Below are positions 1 to 8,388 of a stretch of DNA of 20,000 bases, piece after piece. Under the pieces are notes generated by a model. It was not told the DNA's origin. It made no database searches and was given only the letters and a program-made list of their open reading frames with translations. The stretch is from IMG/VR virus record IMGVR_UViG_3300027418_000007. One strand, written 5' to 3'. Origin of the DNA: an uncultured virus (IMG/VR IMGVR_UViG_3300027418_000007) (taxonomy: Duplodnaviria > Heunggongvirae > Uroviricota > Caudoviricetes). The position numbers were made by a program, and so were the translations under genes. Each line of letters opens with the position of its first letter. Positions within the stretch are counted from its first letter, which is position 1.

Positions 1-1
1 A

Positions 2-208
2 GATTCCACTGCAAATGAGGGAACCGGTCAAGGAGCAAATCAAGAATTTGCTGGGTGGGATGGTGGTCCCGATAGGGGAGCAGTAGTGACACAATCCAAG
101 GTAACTCTCATCACAGTTGCGACAACAATTGATCCTTTCGGGGATCCTGCAACAAATGCAAACCTCCCACCATATTATGCTCTTGCATTTATTATGAGAA
201 CTTCATAA
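2..208 (+). CDS. C-terminal part of a baseplate wedge / short tail fibre-type structural protein (5' truncated by the window edge)
   Basis: Open frame from position 2 reads DSTANEGTG...ATNANLPPYYALAFIMRTS*. The NLPPYYALAFIM ending is typical of T4-like baseplate/short-fibre proteins. Confidence 0.75.
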   Translation, partial: DSTANEGTGQGANQEFAGWDGGPDRGAVVTQSKVTLITVATTIDPFGDPATNANLPPYYALAFIMRTS

Positions 209-211
209 ATA
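204..211 (+). promoter_or_regulatory. T4-type late promoter (CATAAATA variant)
   Basis: CATAAATA lies 17 nt upstream of the tail fibre ATG and overlaps the upstream stop codon. Confidence 0.6.
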
Positions 212-228
212 CTTAAAAAGTCTCCAAG

Positions 229-2181
229 ATGGCAAATTATAACAAATCATTTAATTTTAGAAATGGAGTTCAGGTCGATGATGACAACTTTATTGTAAAT
301 GCAAATGGTTTGGTTGGAATCGGAACATCAATTCCTACAGAGTTTCTGGATGTTTACGGAACCGCAAAGGTTACCGGATTAGTCACGGCAACGAATCTGA
401 CAATCACCGGAGTTTCCACTTTTTATAGTGATGTAAGAGTTGGTTCTGGAATTACGATGTATGCCTCTACAGGAATCGTAAGTGCCACGGCATTTTATGG
501 AAGTGCCGTTGGACTAACTAGCATTTATGCAATTGCAGTTGATGGATGGATTGTTAATGCCGGAAACCTCTCTACAACATCTAAAGTAGGTATAGGAACC
601 ACACTTCCATACCATTCATTACAGGTAGGTCAGAACCCTCTAACTGGGAATGGATTTTCGGTTGATGCCATCACAGGAAATGTAAATACAACTGGAATTA
701 TAACGGCACCTAGTTTTGTTGGAAACTTAACAGGAAATGTACTAGGAAATATAAATTCTAGTGGTGTTTCAACTTTTTCCACACTTCAAGTAGGAACCGG
801 AGTCACTATTAGTGGTGGTATTGTAAATTCTAATAGTTTTGTCGGAAACCTAACAGGAAATATAAATTCTAGTGGTATTTCAACTTTCTCCACACTTAAA
901 GTAGGAACCGGTGTTACAATTAGTGGTGGTATTGTTACTGCAACCTCATTTAGTGGACCTTTGACCGGTACTGTAACTGGCAATCTAACTGGAACAGCAA
1001 CGACGGCATCAACACTTCCTTCTTCGGCAACTATATCAATTACTTCGGTAAATAGTGGATTTAGTTCAACAGGAATTGCAACAATAACTGATACTCTTTA
1101 TGTAACTGGTAAAATTAAAGTAGGAACTGCCACGGCACCAGAGGCAGACATAGAAGTTAATAAGTCTGGTATTTCATCGATAAGAGTAATTAGTAGTAAT
1201 AATGATATTGCAAGTATTGGTATTGGAAGAAGTGCAGAAATAAGAACCGGAAATGTCAATAATTTATATCCATATAGCACTAGAAACTCTCTTGATATTA
1301 TAAACTATAATGCTGAAAATGTCAACTATTATCTTGATTATGGTTCGGCAGGGGTAGGAACTGGTAATTTTAATTGGATTTATGGGCAGAGTCCATCAAG
1401 TCCATTAATGTCACTCACCTATGGTGGAAATCTAGGATTAGGTATTACCAACCCACAATCAAAACTTCATGTGGTGGGAACATCCTATATTACTGGCATT
1501 ACAACAATTGATAGTAATTTAGATGTTAATCAAAATTTATATGTTTATGGAAATATAACATTTAATGGGTATATAACTGGCAATCTTGGAATCACAACTT
1601 TTTCTAGACTAGGTATTTCTACAAGCACAATTTCAACTAATTCTTATGAATTCTTTGTTGGTGGTGATCCGGTATTTGGTGAAGGAGTTTCAATAACTAA
1701 GACTAGTATTAGAGCATCAGGAAATATTAGATCAACAAGTATAACCAGTACGAACATTAATAATAGTGGTATTATAACTTCTACTTTAGGTTTTGTTGGT
1801 CCTCTAACTGGAAATGTAACTGGAAATGTAACTGGAAATGTAACTGGGACAGCAACAACTGCTTATGGAGCATACAACCTTAATGGATCTCCCGATATTA
1901 TAGTATCTTCTGTTGGTATCGGCACTACAACCTCCACAGGAACAGCATCACAAACACTTCAAGTTACTGGTGGTGCTTATGTTTCTGGTTCTGTCGGCAT
2001 AGGAATTACAAATCCAAAAGGTGTTTTAGATTTAGTTTCTACAACACAACCATTATATCTTCCAAGAATGACAACAGCACAAAGAAATTTAATTGTTGGT
2101 ATTTCTAGTGGTGCAGTTATCTTTAATACAAGTATCAATGAGTTTCAGGGATATACGGGAACTAATTGGGTGACATTATAA
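229..2181 (+). CDS. Phage tail fibre protein (650 aa)
   Basis: Gly/Thr/Ser/Asn-rich with recurring VGIGT and GNLTG/GNVTG repeats. The C-terminus LPRMTTAQRN...FNTSINEFQGYTGTNW is typical of cyanomyovirus fibres. Confidence 0.85.
   Translation: MANYNKSFNFRNGVQVDDDNFIVNANGLVGIGTSIPTEFLDVYGTAKVTGLVTATNLTITGVSTFYSDVRVGSGITMYASTGIVSATAFYGSAVGLTSIYAIAVDGWIVNAGNLSTTSKVGIGTTLPYHSLQVGQNPLTGNGFSVDAITGNVNTTGIITAPSFVGNLTGNVLGNINSSGVSTFSTLQVGTGVTISGGIVNSNSFVGNLTGNINSSGISTFSTLKVGTGVTISGGIVTATSFSGPLTGTVTGNLTGTATTASTLPSSATISITSVNSGFSSTGIATITDTLYVTGKIKVGTATAPEADIEVNKSGISSIRVISSNNDIASIGIGRSAEIRTGNVNNLYPYSTRNSLDIINYNAENVNYYLDYGSAGVGTGNFNWIYGQSPSSPLMSLTYGGNLGLGITNPQSKLHVVGTSYITGITTIDSNLDVNQNLYVYGNITFNGYITGNLGITTFSRLGISTSTISTNSYEFFVGGDPVFGEGVSITKTSIRASGNIRSTSITSTNINNSGIITSTLGFVGPLTGNVTGNVTGNVTGTATTAYGAYNLNGSPDIIVSSVGIGTTTSTGTASQTLQVTGGAYVSGSVGIGITNPKGVLDLVSTTQPLYLPRMTTAQRNLIVGISSGAVIFNTSINEFQGYTGTNWVTL
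711..935 (+). repeat. Internal imperfect tandem duplication in the tail fibre gene (711-824 and 834-935)
   Basis: Both units encode SFVGNLTGN..INSSG(V/I)STFSTL(Q/K)VGTGVTISGGIV with high nucleotide identity. Confidence 0.85.
1805..1847 (+). repeat. 12-bp tandem repeat (TAACTGGAAATG x3.5) encoding TGNV repeats
   Basis: Directly visible perfect tandem repeat. Confidence 0.9.
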
Positions 2182-2189
2182 GGAGGGGC

Positions 2190-2219
2190 TTGACAGAATA
2201 CTCATAATACTGCTAGACT
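2190..2219 (+). promoter_or_regulatory. sigma70-like promoter
   Basis: TTGACA (2190-2195), 18 nt spacer, TAGACT (2214-2219) with an extended -10 TG. Confidence 0.55.
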
Positions 2220-2247
2220 AGGTTTGTCCCCGTTGAAGATGAGACTT

Positions 2248-2308
2248 TAATCCACTTAAAGAACCGTCCACTGGGGGTCTTCACAGGACCCCTTTTTTGT
2301 TGTATAAT
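2248..2308 (+). promoter_or_regulatory. Variant palindrome/promoter cassette
   Basis: TAATCCA-N10-CGTCCAC, then a GGGGG...CCCC hairpin, then TATAAT at 2303-2308. Resembles the copies at 4187 and 6030. Confidence 0.55.
2274..2298 (+). terminator. Rho-independent terminator embedded in a variant promoter cassette
   Basis: GGGGTCTT-CAC-AGGACCCC stem followed by TTTTTT. Confidence 0.7.
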
Positions 2309-2310
2309 TA

Positions 2311-2318
2311 TATAAATA
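2311..2318 (+). promoter_or_regulatory. T4-type late promoter for homing endonuclease 1
   Basis: Perfect TATAAATA 24 nt upstream of ATG 2343. Confidence 0.7.
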
Positions 2319-2342
2319 ATAATATGGTAGGTTTCGCCACTT

Positions 2343-2885
2343 ATGTATTATACTTACGCATATCTAAGAGAAGATAAGACTCCATATTATATTGGTAGAG
2401 GAAAACATCATTCTGGATACAAATATCATAGAATGACTCAAAAACATACTTGCGGTATACCTCCACAAGAAAGAAGATTAATCTTAAAAGATAATCTATC
2501 AAAAGAGCAAGCAATCAAACACGAAGAATATATGATTGACTTGTTTGGTTTAGTTTGGGATGAAACTGGGGTATTAAGAAATCACGTTAGAGATAGTCGT
2601 GGTGGTAGTTGCAAAGGTAGAAAGCTTTCAGAGGAAACTAAACAAAAAATATCTGCTGCTATGAAAAATAAATGGCAAAGTGGTCTTTATGATACTGATG
2701 AATATAGAAATAAAATATCAGAAAGTAATAGAAAAAATCCAAGAGTCAAACAACATAGTGAAGAAACAAAAGAAAAACAAAAAAAGGCAAGCACCGGAAG
2801 ACCTCAAAGCGAAGAGACTAAGCAAAAAAGGTCTGAAAGTATAAAAAGGTGGTGGACAGAAAAAAAACTGGCACAAGACCCTTGA
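2343..2885 (+). CDS. GIY-YIG-like homing endonuclease with NUMOD3-type repeats
   Basis: N-terminal YYTYAYLREDKTPYYIGRG motif; C-terminal repeats LSEETKQKIS, HSEETKEKQK, QSEETKQKRS; AT-rich. Confidence 0.85.
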   Translation: MYYTYAYLREDKTPYYIGRGKHHSGYKYHRMTQKHTCGIPPQERRLILKDNLSKEQAIKHEEYMIDLFGLVWDETGVLRNHVRDSRGGSCKGRKLSEETKQKISAAMKNKWQSGLYDTDEYRNKISESNRKNPRVKQHSEETKEKQKKASTGRPQSEETKQKRSESIKRWWTEKKLAQDP

Positions 2886-2910
2886 GTTTTGCCAGAAAGT
2901 GCCTTATAAT
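2852..2910 (+). promoter_or_regulatory. Palindrome/early-promoter cassette upstream of the helicase
   Basis: GTGGACA-N10-TGGCACA; TTGAGT (2882-2887), 17 nt, TATAAT (2905-2910). Confidence 0.75.
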
Positions 2911-2929
2911 ATGAGTATTGAATTGATTG

Positions 2930-4201
2930 ATGATGTTCCAACTCCGTCCTCACCAACAAACTGCTATGGATGCTCTCTCGCAGCATTCTAAAGGTATTGT
3001 CGTGATGCCAACAGGCGGCGGTAAAACTAATGTAGGTATTTTCGATGCTGTTCGCCAATTCCAGTCTAACATCTCAAAGACAATTGTAGTTGTTAGTCCT
3101 CGTATTTTGCTTGCTGAACAGTTGTCTTCTGAGTATCTTGAGTTTATCACTAATGCTAATGTTCTTCATATTCACTCCGGAGAAACTAGGCATTTTAGCA
3201 CCACGAAACCTAATGTAATTCGTAATTGGTACGAGCAGGCACAAGGTCACAAACTTATCTTCACCACCTATAACTCTCTACAGCAACTACAAAGGGCAGA
3301 AATCACCGTTGATACAATTTATATGGATGAGGCACATAATTCTATTCAACGTCACTTCTTCCCTGCGGTAGAGTATTTCAGTGCAGAGGCAGAGCGTTGT
3401 TTCTTCTTTACTGCCACCCCAAAATACAGCAATGTAATTGGTAAGGCAGGTATGAATGATACTGAGGTCTACGGTAGCATCATCGCTAAGGTTCCTGCTC
3501 CTCAATTGGTTCAGAACGGTTACATCATTCCTCCTAAGGTGATTTGCAAGCAGATGCGACTTTCGGTCAAGGGTGAGGACATCGCTCAACGGGACTGTGA
3601 GTATCTACTTGACCTTATCCTTAATCCCAAGCAGGTTACTGTAACTGAGGGTTTGGTTGATTACTCAAACTCTGTTGATAAAGTCCTGATTTGTGCCAAG
3701 GCAACCAAGCACATTATTGGTCTGCTTTCCGAAACTGACTTTGCCGAACAACTGGCAGAGGAAGGTTATTCTGTGATGCACATTACTTCCAAGCACGGTG
3801 CCTTTATTGATGGTGATAAAGTCAATCGTGAGGTATTCTTTGATACTCTCAACGAGTGGGGTAAGGATGCCGACAAGAAGTTTGTGGTTCTTCATCACAG
3901 CATTCTGGCAGAAGGCATTAACATCTCTGCTCTGGAAGCGGTTGTGTTTATGCGTTCTATGGACATCGTAGGTATCGGTCAAACGGTCGGTAGGACGCTG
4001 CGTCTTCACCCCCAGGATGCCGCTGGAATCCGCTCTGGTGCCCTTGTGGCAGGTGCTCTGGACTCCTACACCAAATCCTATGGTCTGGTGATTTGCCCGA
4101 CCTTTGACAAGGCATCTACGGGCACGGCACAGAAGGTTCAGAACGTGATGGACATTATCTTCCAGAAGGGGGATGTGGCAATCAGCACGATCAATCGCTG
4201 A
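2930..4201 (+). CDS. Superfamily 2 (DEAD/DEAH-like, ResIII-type) helicase
   Basis: Q-motif LRPHQ, Walker A PTGGGKT, MDEAH, TATP, AEGINI, QTVGRTLR. Start ATG is 2930 or 2933. Confidence 0.9.
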   Translation: MMFQLRPHQQTAMDALSQHSKGIVVMPTGGGKTNVGIFDAVRQFQSNISKTIVVVSPRILLAEQLSSEYLEFITNANVLHIHSGETRHFSTTKPNVIRNWYEQAQGHKLIFTTYNSLQQLQRAEITVDTIYMDEAHNSIQRHFFPAVEYFSAEAERCFFFTATPKYSNVIGKAGMNDTEVYGSIIAKVPAPQLVQNGYIIPPKVICKQMRLSVKGEDIAQRDCEYLLDLILNPKQVTVTEGLVDYSNSVDKVLICAKATKHIIGLLSETDFAEQLAEEGYSVMHITSKHGAFIDGDKVNREVFFDTLNEWGKDADKKFVVLHHSILAEGINISALEAVVFMRSMDIVGIGQTVGRTLRLHPQDAAGIRSGALVAGALDSYTKSYGLVICPTFDKASTGTAQKVQNVMDIIFQKGDVAISTINR

Positions 4202-4245
4202 ACTGGCACAGGGGGTTGATCAACGGACCCCTTTCCTGCTATAAT
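4187..4245 (+). promoter_or_regulatory. Palindrome/early-promoter cassette
   Basis: ACGATCA-N10-TGGCACA, TTGATC, TGcTATAAT (4240-4245). Confidence 0.8.
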
Positions 4246-4266
4246 ACTCTGAGATTTAAAATCATT

Positions 4267-4869
4267 ATGACGAAACCAATTTTAACTCCAACTGAATATG
4301 ATGCACTTTGTAACATTCTTGAATGGGCATGGACTTCTCTTCATCAAGAACCAGAACTTTGTTTAAAAGATATTAACTATTCTTCTGCATCAAAGGTAGT
4401 TAAACAAGAGCGCACTGAAGCGGAACCAGATAATGGATTGAGTCCAAGTCTTTATACAGAATATGAACCAACTGGTGTAGATCCAATCAAAACTGGTGAG
4501 TGTGGTCTTGGACTTGCAGAAGCATTTGAATATACTTTAGAAGAACCAAATGCGGATAATATTCATACTATGATTACCACCTTGATGTATAAGTTGAACT
4601 GTAATCCTTGTCTTGCAAATGGTCTTGGTAATACTTGGGAAAATCTTGCACCTCTTGTAGATAATAACGAACGAGATCGTTTAGAAAATATTGGTGATGA
4701 TCCAGATGTTACAACACAAACACTTGAAGGGTATGTTGTTGAAGATATTAGTTTGAAGAATAAGGTTTCCCGACTTCAAGAATACTTTGATGATGTAGGT
4801 GAAAATGGTCTTATTCAATTAGATGATAATCTTTGGATTGATGGTAGAAATTCCGATATTTTTCCCTGA
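4267..4869 (+). CDS. Hypothetical acidic protein (~200 aa)
   Basis: Long ORF. ATG 4267 (MTKPIL...) lies downstream of the promoter, whereas the track's 4216 start lies inside the promoter cassette. Confidence 0.75.
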   Translation: MTKPILTPTEYDALCNILEWAWTSLHQEPELCLKDINYSSASKVVKQERTEAEPDNGLSPSLYTEYEPTGVDPIKTGECGLGLAEAFEYTLEEPNADNIHTMITTLMYKLNCNPCLANGLGNTWENLAPLVDNNERDRLENIGDDPDVTTQTLEGYVVEDISLKNKVSRLQEYFDDVGENGLIQLDDNLWIDGRNSDIFP

Positions 4870-4924
4870 GACAATCGCTGAACTGACACAGGGGGTTGAC
4901 AAGGATTCCTTTTTGGTATATGAT
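4867..4924 (+). promoter_or_regulatory. Palindrome/early-promoter cassette
   Basis: TGAGACA-N10-TGACACA; TTGACA (4896-4901), 17 nt, TATGAT (4919-4924). Confidence 0.8.
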
Positions 4925-4973
4925 ACTCATATGCTCAATCAATTGATGGGCAATACACATCGCATTAAACTAA

Positions 4974-6032
4974 ATGAAAAAAATTAAAGTTCACTCAGAG
5001 CAGGTTTTTCCTGTTCATCGTGTTGAGGTTACTTCTGAAGACGGACCTCAATACCCACTACTACAGTTAATTGATGATAACTTCGTTCCACGATTAACTT
5101 CCAAAATCATTCCCACAACTGCCAATTATCCTCGAAAGACTGAACTTGCCAAGGGCAATCTGGATGTTCTGATCGCATCAACAAAGGAAGGATGGGCAGT
5201 AAGACAATGGCCATTTAGTGTATTTGTAGATGGCGATGGTAATGAGAGTTTGTTCGACCATCGACACCTTCTGAAGGCAGTAAAGGAAAACAACTATCAC
5301 TCCGTTCCTGTTGCATTGTATGTGCGAAAGGATACTGGTAACGAACTTTACGACAATCTTTCTGACAATTCTGCTTTAAGTTTGATGGGTTTGTATGCAA
5401 ATGCAACGGATGGTACAGTAAATGCGGTTCAGAATGACTTTATCAACGTTGTGAAGTTGGTGATTGAAGATGAGAGTCTTCCTCTGACTCGTGATGTTGT
5501 CGGGGAATTGCTAGATATCTGTGGCATTACTTCTCGGTATGCACATAAACCTGTCATCACGGCAATTGAAAATGCTATTCTGGATAGAAAGACTAAATCT
5601 ACCAAGGTTTTTAACACTACCAAGGAAGAAATCAAGCAGTGGATTAAATCCAATCCGATGTTTGGTTCTAACAACTATTCCTCTGAAGATGGAGTTGCAA
5701 CCCGACATAAGATTCTTGACTCCCAGTTCACTTATCGGTATGCTGGAGACATTCTCAAGTGGGCGATATCTGCCTGGAGAAAGGGTGAAAAGGTTCGCGT
5801 AATCTGTAACAGCTACGCCGAGCACGAATCTGACATCGAAGCAGATCGCCAAGAGATTATCAAGGTTATGGAAGAAGTGTTCCTCGGACCTATTAACTTC
5901 TACTGTGAGAAGATTCACGCACAGTTTGGTGGTATGATTACTCCTCCTACAGTGTCTCTTGATGAACTCCCGCTTGAATTGTGGGCAGCTCCTCAAATTG
6001 AAGGGGAAACTGAAGCAATTCAACTCCTCTGA
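4974..6032 (+). CDS. Hypothetical protein (352 aa), possibly with an N-terminal ParB/Srx-like domain
   Basis: Long ORF. The segment SLFDHRHLLKAVKENNYHSVPVALY loosely resembles the ParB 'DGhHRl.A.......vPv' motif. Confidence 0.7.
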   Translation: MKKIKVHSEQVFPVHRVEVTSEDGPQYPLLQLIDDNFVPRLTSKIIPTTANYPRKTELAKGNLDVLIASTKEGWAVRQWPFSVFVDGDGNESLFDHRHLLKAVKENNYHSVPVALYVRKDTGNELYDNLSDNSALSLMGLYANATDGTVNAVQNDFINVVKLVIEDESLPLTRDVVGELLDICGITSRYAHKPVITAIENAILDRKTKSTKVFNTTKEEIKQWIKSNPMFGSNNYSSEDGVATRHKILDSQFTYRYAGDILKWAISAWRKGEKVRVICNSYAEHESDIEADRQEIIKVMEEVFLGPINFYCEKIHAQFGGMITPPTVSLDELPLELWAAPQIEGETEAIQLL

Positions 6033-6087
6033 TCCACTTTCATAACTGGCACAGGGGGTTTTCAACGGACCCCTTTCCTGCTATAAT
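6030..6087 (+). promoter_or_regulatory. Palindrome/early-promoter cassette
   Basis: TGATCCA-N10-TGGCACA; TATAAT at 6082-6087. Positions 6044-6089 are nearly identical to 4201-4247. Confidence 0.8.
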
Positions 6088-6115
6088 ACACAAGTAACCA
6101 AAAGAGGAAACTCAA

Positions 6116-6250
6116 ATGAAGTATCGGGTGATTTTTATTGCCGGTAATCAACGCCAAACAGAAGAAGTATATGCTAACAATCCTGCTGAGGCAAAAAAAG
6201 TTATTGAGGCACGAAATCTAAACGCCAGAGTTGTGAATGTCACATGCTGA
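6116..6250 (+). CDS. Small hypothetical protein (44 aa, not in the ORF track)
   Basis: GAGGA RBS then MKYRVIFIAGNQRQTEEVYANNPAEAKKVIEARNLNARVVNVTC*; first ORF after the promoter. Confidence 0.7.
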   Translation: MKYRVIFIAGNQRQTEEVYANNPAEAKKVIEARNLNARVVNVTC

Positions 6251-6498
6251 CCCCTAACATACCAAATACTCCCAATTATGATATTCTGAATAATAAACCT
6301 TCAGACCCTGCTGGTTATGTGACTAAAGACGGGAAATGGGCAGCAGTTCCTTGGGGTAATAAGTTCGTTATTATCTGTAATGGCGAACAGGTTCATACCT
6401 CAAATAACCTCACAACTGCCAAGGACTACATTCAGAAAAAAGTTAAACAGACTCCACGAAAGCGTACTACATCATCCAGTCTTGAGGAATATCTATGA
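6244..6498 (+). CDS. Hypothetical protein
   Basis: Tightly packed ORF with an ATGA overlap with the next gene. Confidence 0.7.
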   Translation: MLTPNIPNTPNYDILNNKPSDPAGYVTKDGKWAAVPWGNKFVIICNGEQVHTSNNLTTAKDYIQKKVKQTPRKRTTSSSLEEYL

Positions 6499-6695
6499 AA
6501 AAACTTGTCTTTCTTCTTCCTCTTCTTTTCATTCAACCGGCATCGGCAAATGAAATGATGATTACTGTAAATGTGAATCGGGTTTGTGCCGCAATTGTGA
6601 ACATTCCCTATGCCTCTGATAATTTTTCGGATGCTGAATTTCAAAAGTGGAAGAATTGTGTGGCATATCTTCGTCAGTTTGATGGAATTCAGTGA
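6495..6695 (+). CDS. Small protein with a signal-peptide-like N-terminus
   Basis: MKKLVFLLPLLFIQPASA looks like a signal peptide; two Cys in the mature part. Confidence 0.7.
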   Translation: MKKLVFLLPLLFIQPASANEMMITVNVNRVCAAIVNIPYASDNFSDAEFQKWKNCVAYLRQFDGIQ

Positions 6696-6898
6696 TGGAA
6701 GTATTTCAACAAACCTCTGATGCCCCATATAATCGTCATAACTACGAACTTGTCCTGAAAAGTGGCAAAACCATATTTTTTGACGATTGGACGGGCGTTC
6801 AGGGGTATTGGTTCGTTCACAACCAAATCCCCGATTATTTGGATTATGTAAATGCCCTTGATAAAACTAAAAAGAAATCTAAGGCAGTCGGGTTCTAA
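6692..6898 (+). CDS. Hypothetical protein
   Basis: Coupled to the upstream stop (GTG 6692 or ATG 6695). Confidence 0.7.
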   Translation: MMEVFQQTSDAPYNRHNYELVLKSGKTIFFDDWTGVQGYWFVHNQIPDYLDYVNALDKTKKKSKAVGF

Positions 6899-6925
6899 AT
6901 AGTGCCAATAAAGAGGTAATTTCAT

Positions 6926-7198
6926 ATGACACCTTTTCAATCTGCCTGTGTTGTAATATTCGGAATACTCGCATACCTGATATGGGTAGATGAAAATATT
7001 GCGATATATTTGACTCTTATCTTCAAAGTTATAAAAATCAATACCGAAAGAATGTTGTGGATGATAAGACTTCATCCAAAAAATCCGATTACAAACCTGA
7101 TGATGAAATGGAAGTATGAAAGACTCGCAAGAGAACTTCAGGCAGAAATGGAATGTAAAGCAACTGAACTCAACAACAATAGCAAGATTATTGAGTGA
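6926..7198 (+). CDS. Hypothetical membrane protein
   Basis: GAGG RBS; hydrophobic N-terminus. Confidence 0.7.
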   Translation: MTPFQSACVVIFGILAYLIWVDENIAIYLTLIFKVIKINTERMLWMIRLHPKNPITNLMMKWKYERLARELQAEMECKATELNNNSKIIE

Positions 7199-7313
7199 GC
7201 TTGAGGGAGTTTCATACTTACTTGATTGTATTGATGAAGAAGACTTTGAAACCATAACTCAACTCAAGAAAAAATACTATAAGATGTATTTTTCTATGCT
7301 AAAATCGGAATGA
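7116..7313 (+). CDS. Hypothetical protein (start uncertain)
   Basis: Fills the gap before the next promoter. It overlaps the upstream gene, so the real start may be further downstream. Confidence 0.5.
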   Translation: MKDSQENFRQKWNVKQLNSTTIARLLSELEGVSYLLDCIDEEDFETITQLKKKYYKMYFSMLKSE

Positions 7314-7314
7314 C

Positions 7315-7373
7315 TAATCCAATTGAAGAACTGGCACAAGGCACTTGACCTTCCGAGTCAGGTGCCTTATAGT
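7315..7373 (+). promoter_or_regulatory. Palindrome/early-promoter cassette with a 12-bp stem-loop
   Basis: TAATCCA-N10-TGGCACA; TTGACC (7345-7350), 17 nt, TATAGT (7368-7373). AAGGCACTTGAC/GTCAGGTGCCTT inverted repeat. Confidence 0.8.
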
Positions 7374-7402
7374 ATATACATACAAATCCAAAGCGATGAC
7401 CT

Positions 7403-8209
7403 ATGGAAATGAAAATCAAAGTAGTCAGTGATTTACATTTAGAGTGTTGTGAGCACGGGCACGGAGTTCCTGACCTTGGAGAAGGTGAGGTTCTGATTCT
7501 TGGTGGAGACATTCTTTGTGCTCGTCACTTTAAGAAGGATGGACCTCTTAAGAAAGTTTATAATGACTTTCTACAAAAGTGTGTAAAGAACTTTGATGAG
7601 GTTCTGTATCTTGCGGGAAATCACGAAGCATATGGATACAACTATGAAGGAACTTGGGATGTTCTTGCAGAGCATCTACCAAAGGAAATTCATCTTGTAG
7701 AAAATGACTTTGTAAAAATCAAGGACTGGGTATTTCTTGGGACAACTCTATGGACTGATTTTCGTAATGAAAATGCTCTAGAGATGATGGAGGCAGCACA
7801 GTGTATGAATGATTATAAAGTCATTCGTATTGGTTCTAACTATCGCAAACTAACTACTGATGATACTCTCAAGTTTCATAAGAATTCCAAACTATTCCTT
7901 CAACAAAAGTTGGAAGAGTTTAAGGATACTAAAACCTGGGTTCTTACCCATCACGGACCATCTTATCAATCGGTTCATCCAAAATACCGAAGTTCTGGTA
8001 TTGCAAATGGTGCTTATGTAAGTGACCTTGATGATTTGATTTTGAATAATCCTCAAATCAAATGCTGGAGTCACGGTCATACACACGAAAGTATGGATTA
8101 TATGATTGGTAATTGTAGAGTTGTATGTAATCCTCGTGGTTATTACAACGGATACAATAATGCAGACCTGAACATTAACTTTGACCCTAACTTTGAGGTA
8201 GAACTATGA
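7403..8209 (+). CDS. Calcineurin-like metallophosphoesterase
   Basis: Motifs SDLH, GGDI, AGNHE, THH, HGHTH. Confidence 0.9.
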   Translation: MEMKIKVVSDLHLECCEHGHGVPDLGEGEVLILGGDILCARHFKKDGPLKKVYNDFLQKCVKNFDEVLYLAGNHEAYGYNYEGTWDVLAEHLPKEIHLVENDFVKIKDWVFLGTTLWTDFRNENALEMMEAAQCMNDYKVIRIGSNYRKLTTDDTLKFHKNSKLFLQQKLEEFKDTKTWVLTHHGPSYQSVHPKYRSSGIANGAYVSDLDDLILNNPQIKCWSHGHTHESMDYMIGNCRVVCNPRGYYNGYNNADLNINFDPNFEVEL

Positions 8210-8388
8210 AAGTAAAAACACTTGTGATACTAGAACAAGCGATTGAAGAAGGTGTGCGGCGTGGTTATCGTCGTGCTCATAAGCATATTGAGAACCCGAC
8301 TGAAGAGTCTATCTGTGACCATATTGAAGAGTGTGTAATGGCACAAATTTACGAATACTTTACCTTTGAGGACGAAACTTATGTCTGA
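8206..8388 (+). CDS. Hypothetical protein
   Basis: ATGA overlap with the upstream gene; GAGG RBS. Confidence 0.7.
   Translation: MKVKTLVILEQAIEEGVRRGYRRAHKHIENPTEESICDHIEECVMAQIYEYFTFEDETYV

Noticed and set aside
229..2181. Diversity-generating retroelement target in the tail fibre
   Set aside because: No reverse transcriptase and no template/variable repeat pair differing specifically at adenines in this window.
4187..6089. Classical integron attC sites
   Set aside because: I could not find the RYYYAAC...GTTRRRY architecture, and there is no integrase in the window. The cassettes carry promoters, unlike typical attC cassettes.
6902..6920. GTGCCA half-site upstream of ORF 6926
   Set aside because: No right arm at N10 and no -10 box at the expected spacing; probably chance or a decayed remnant.
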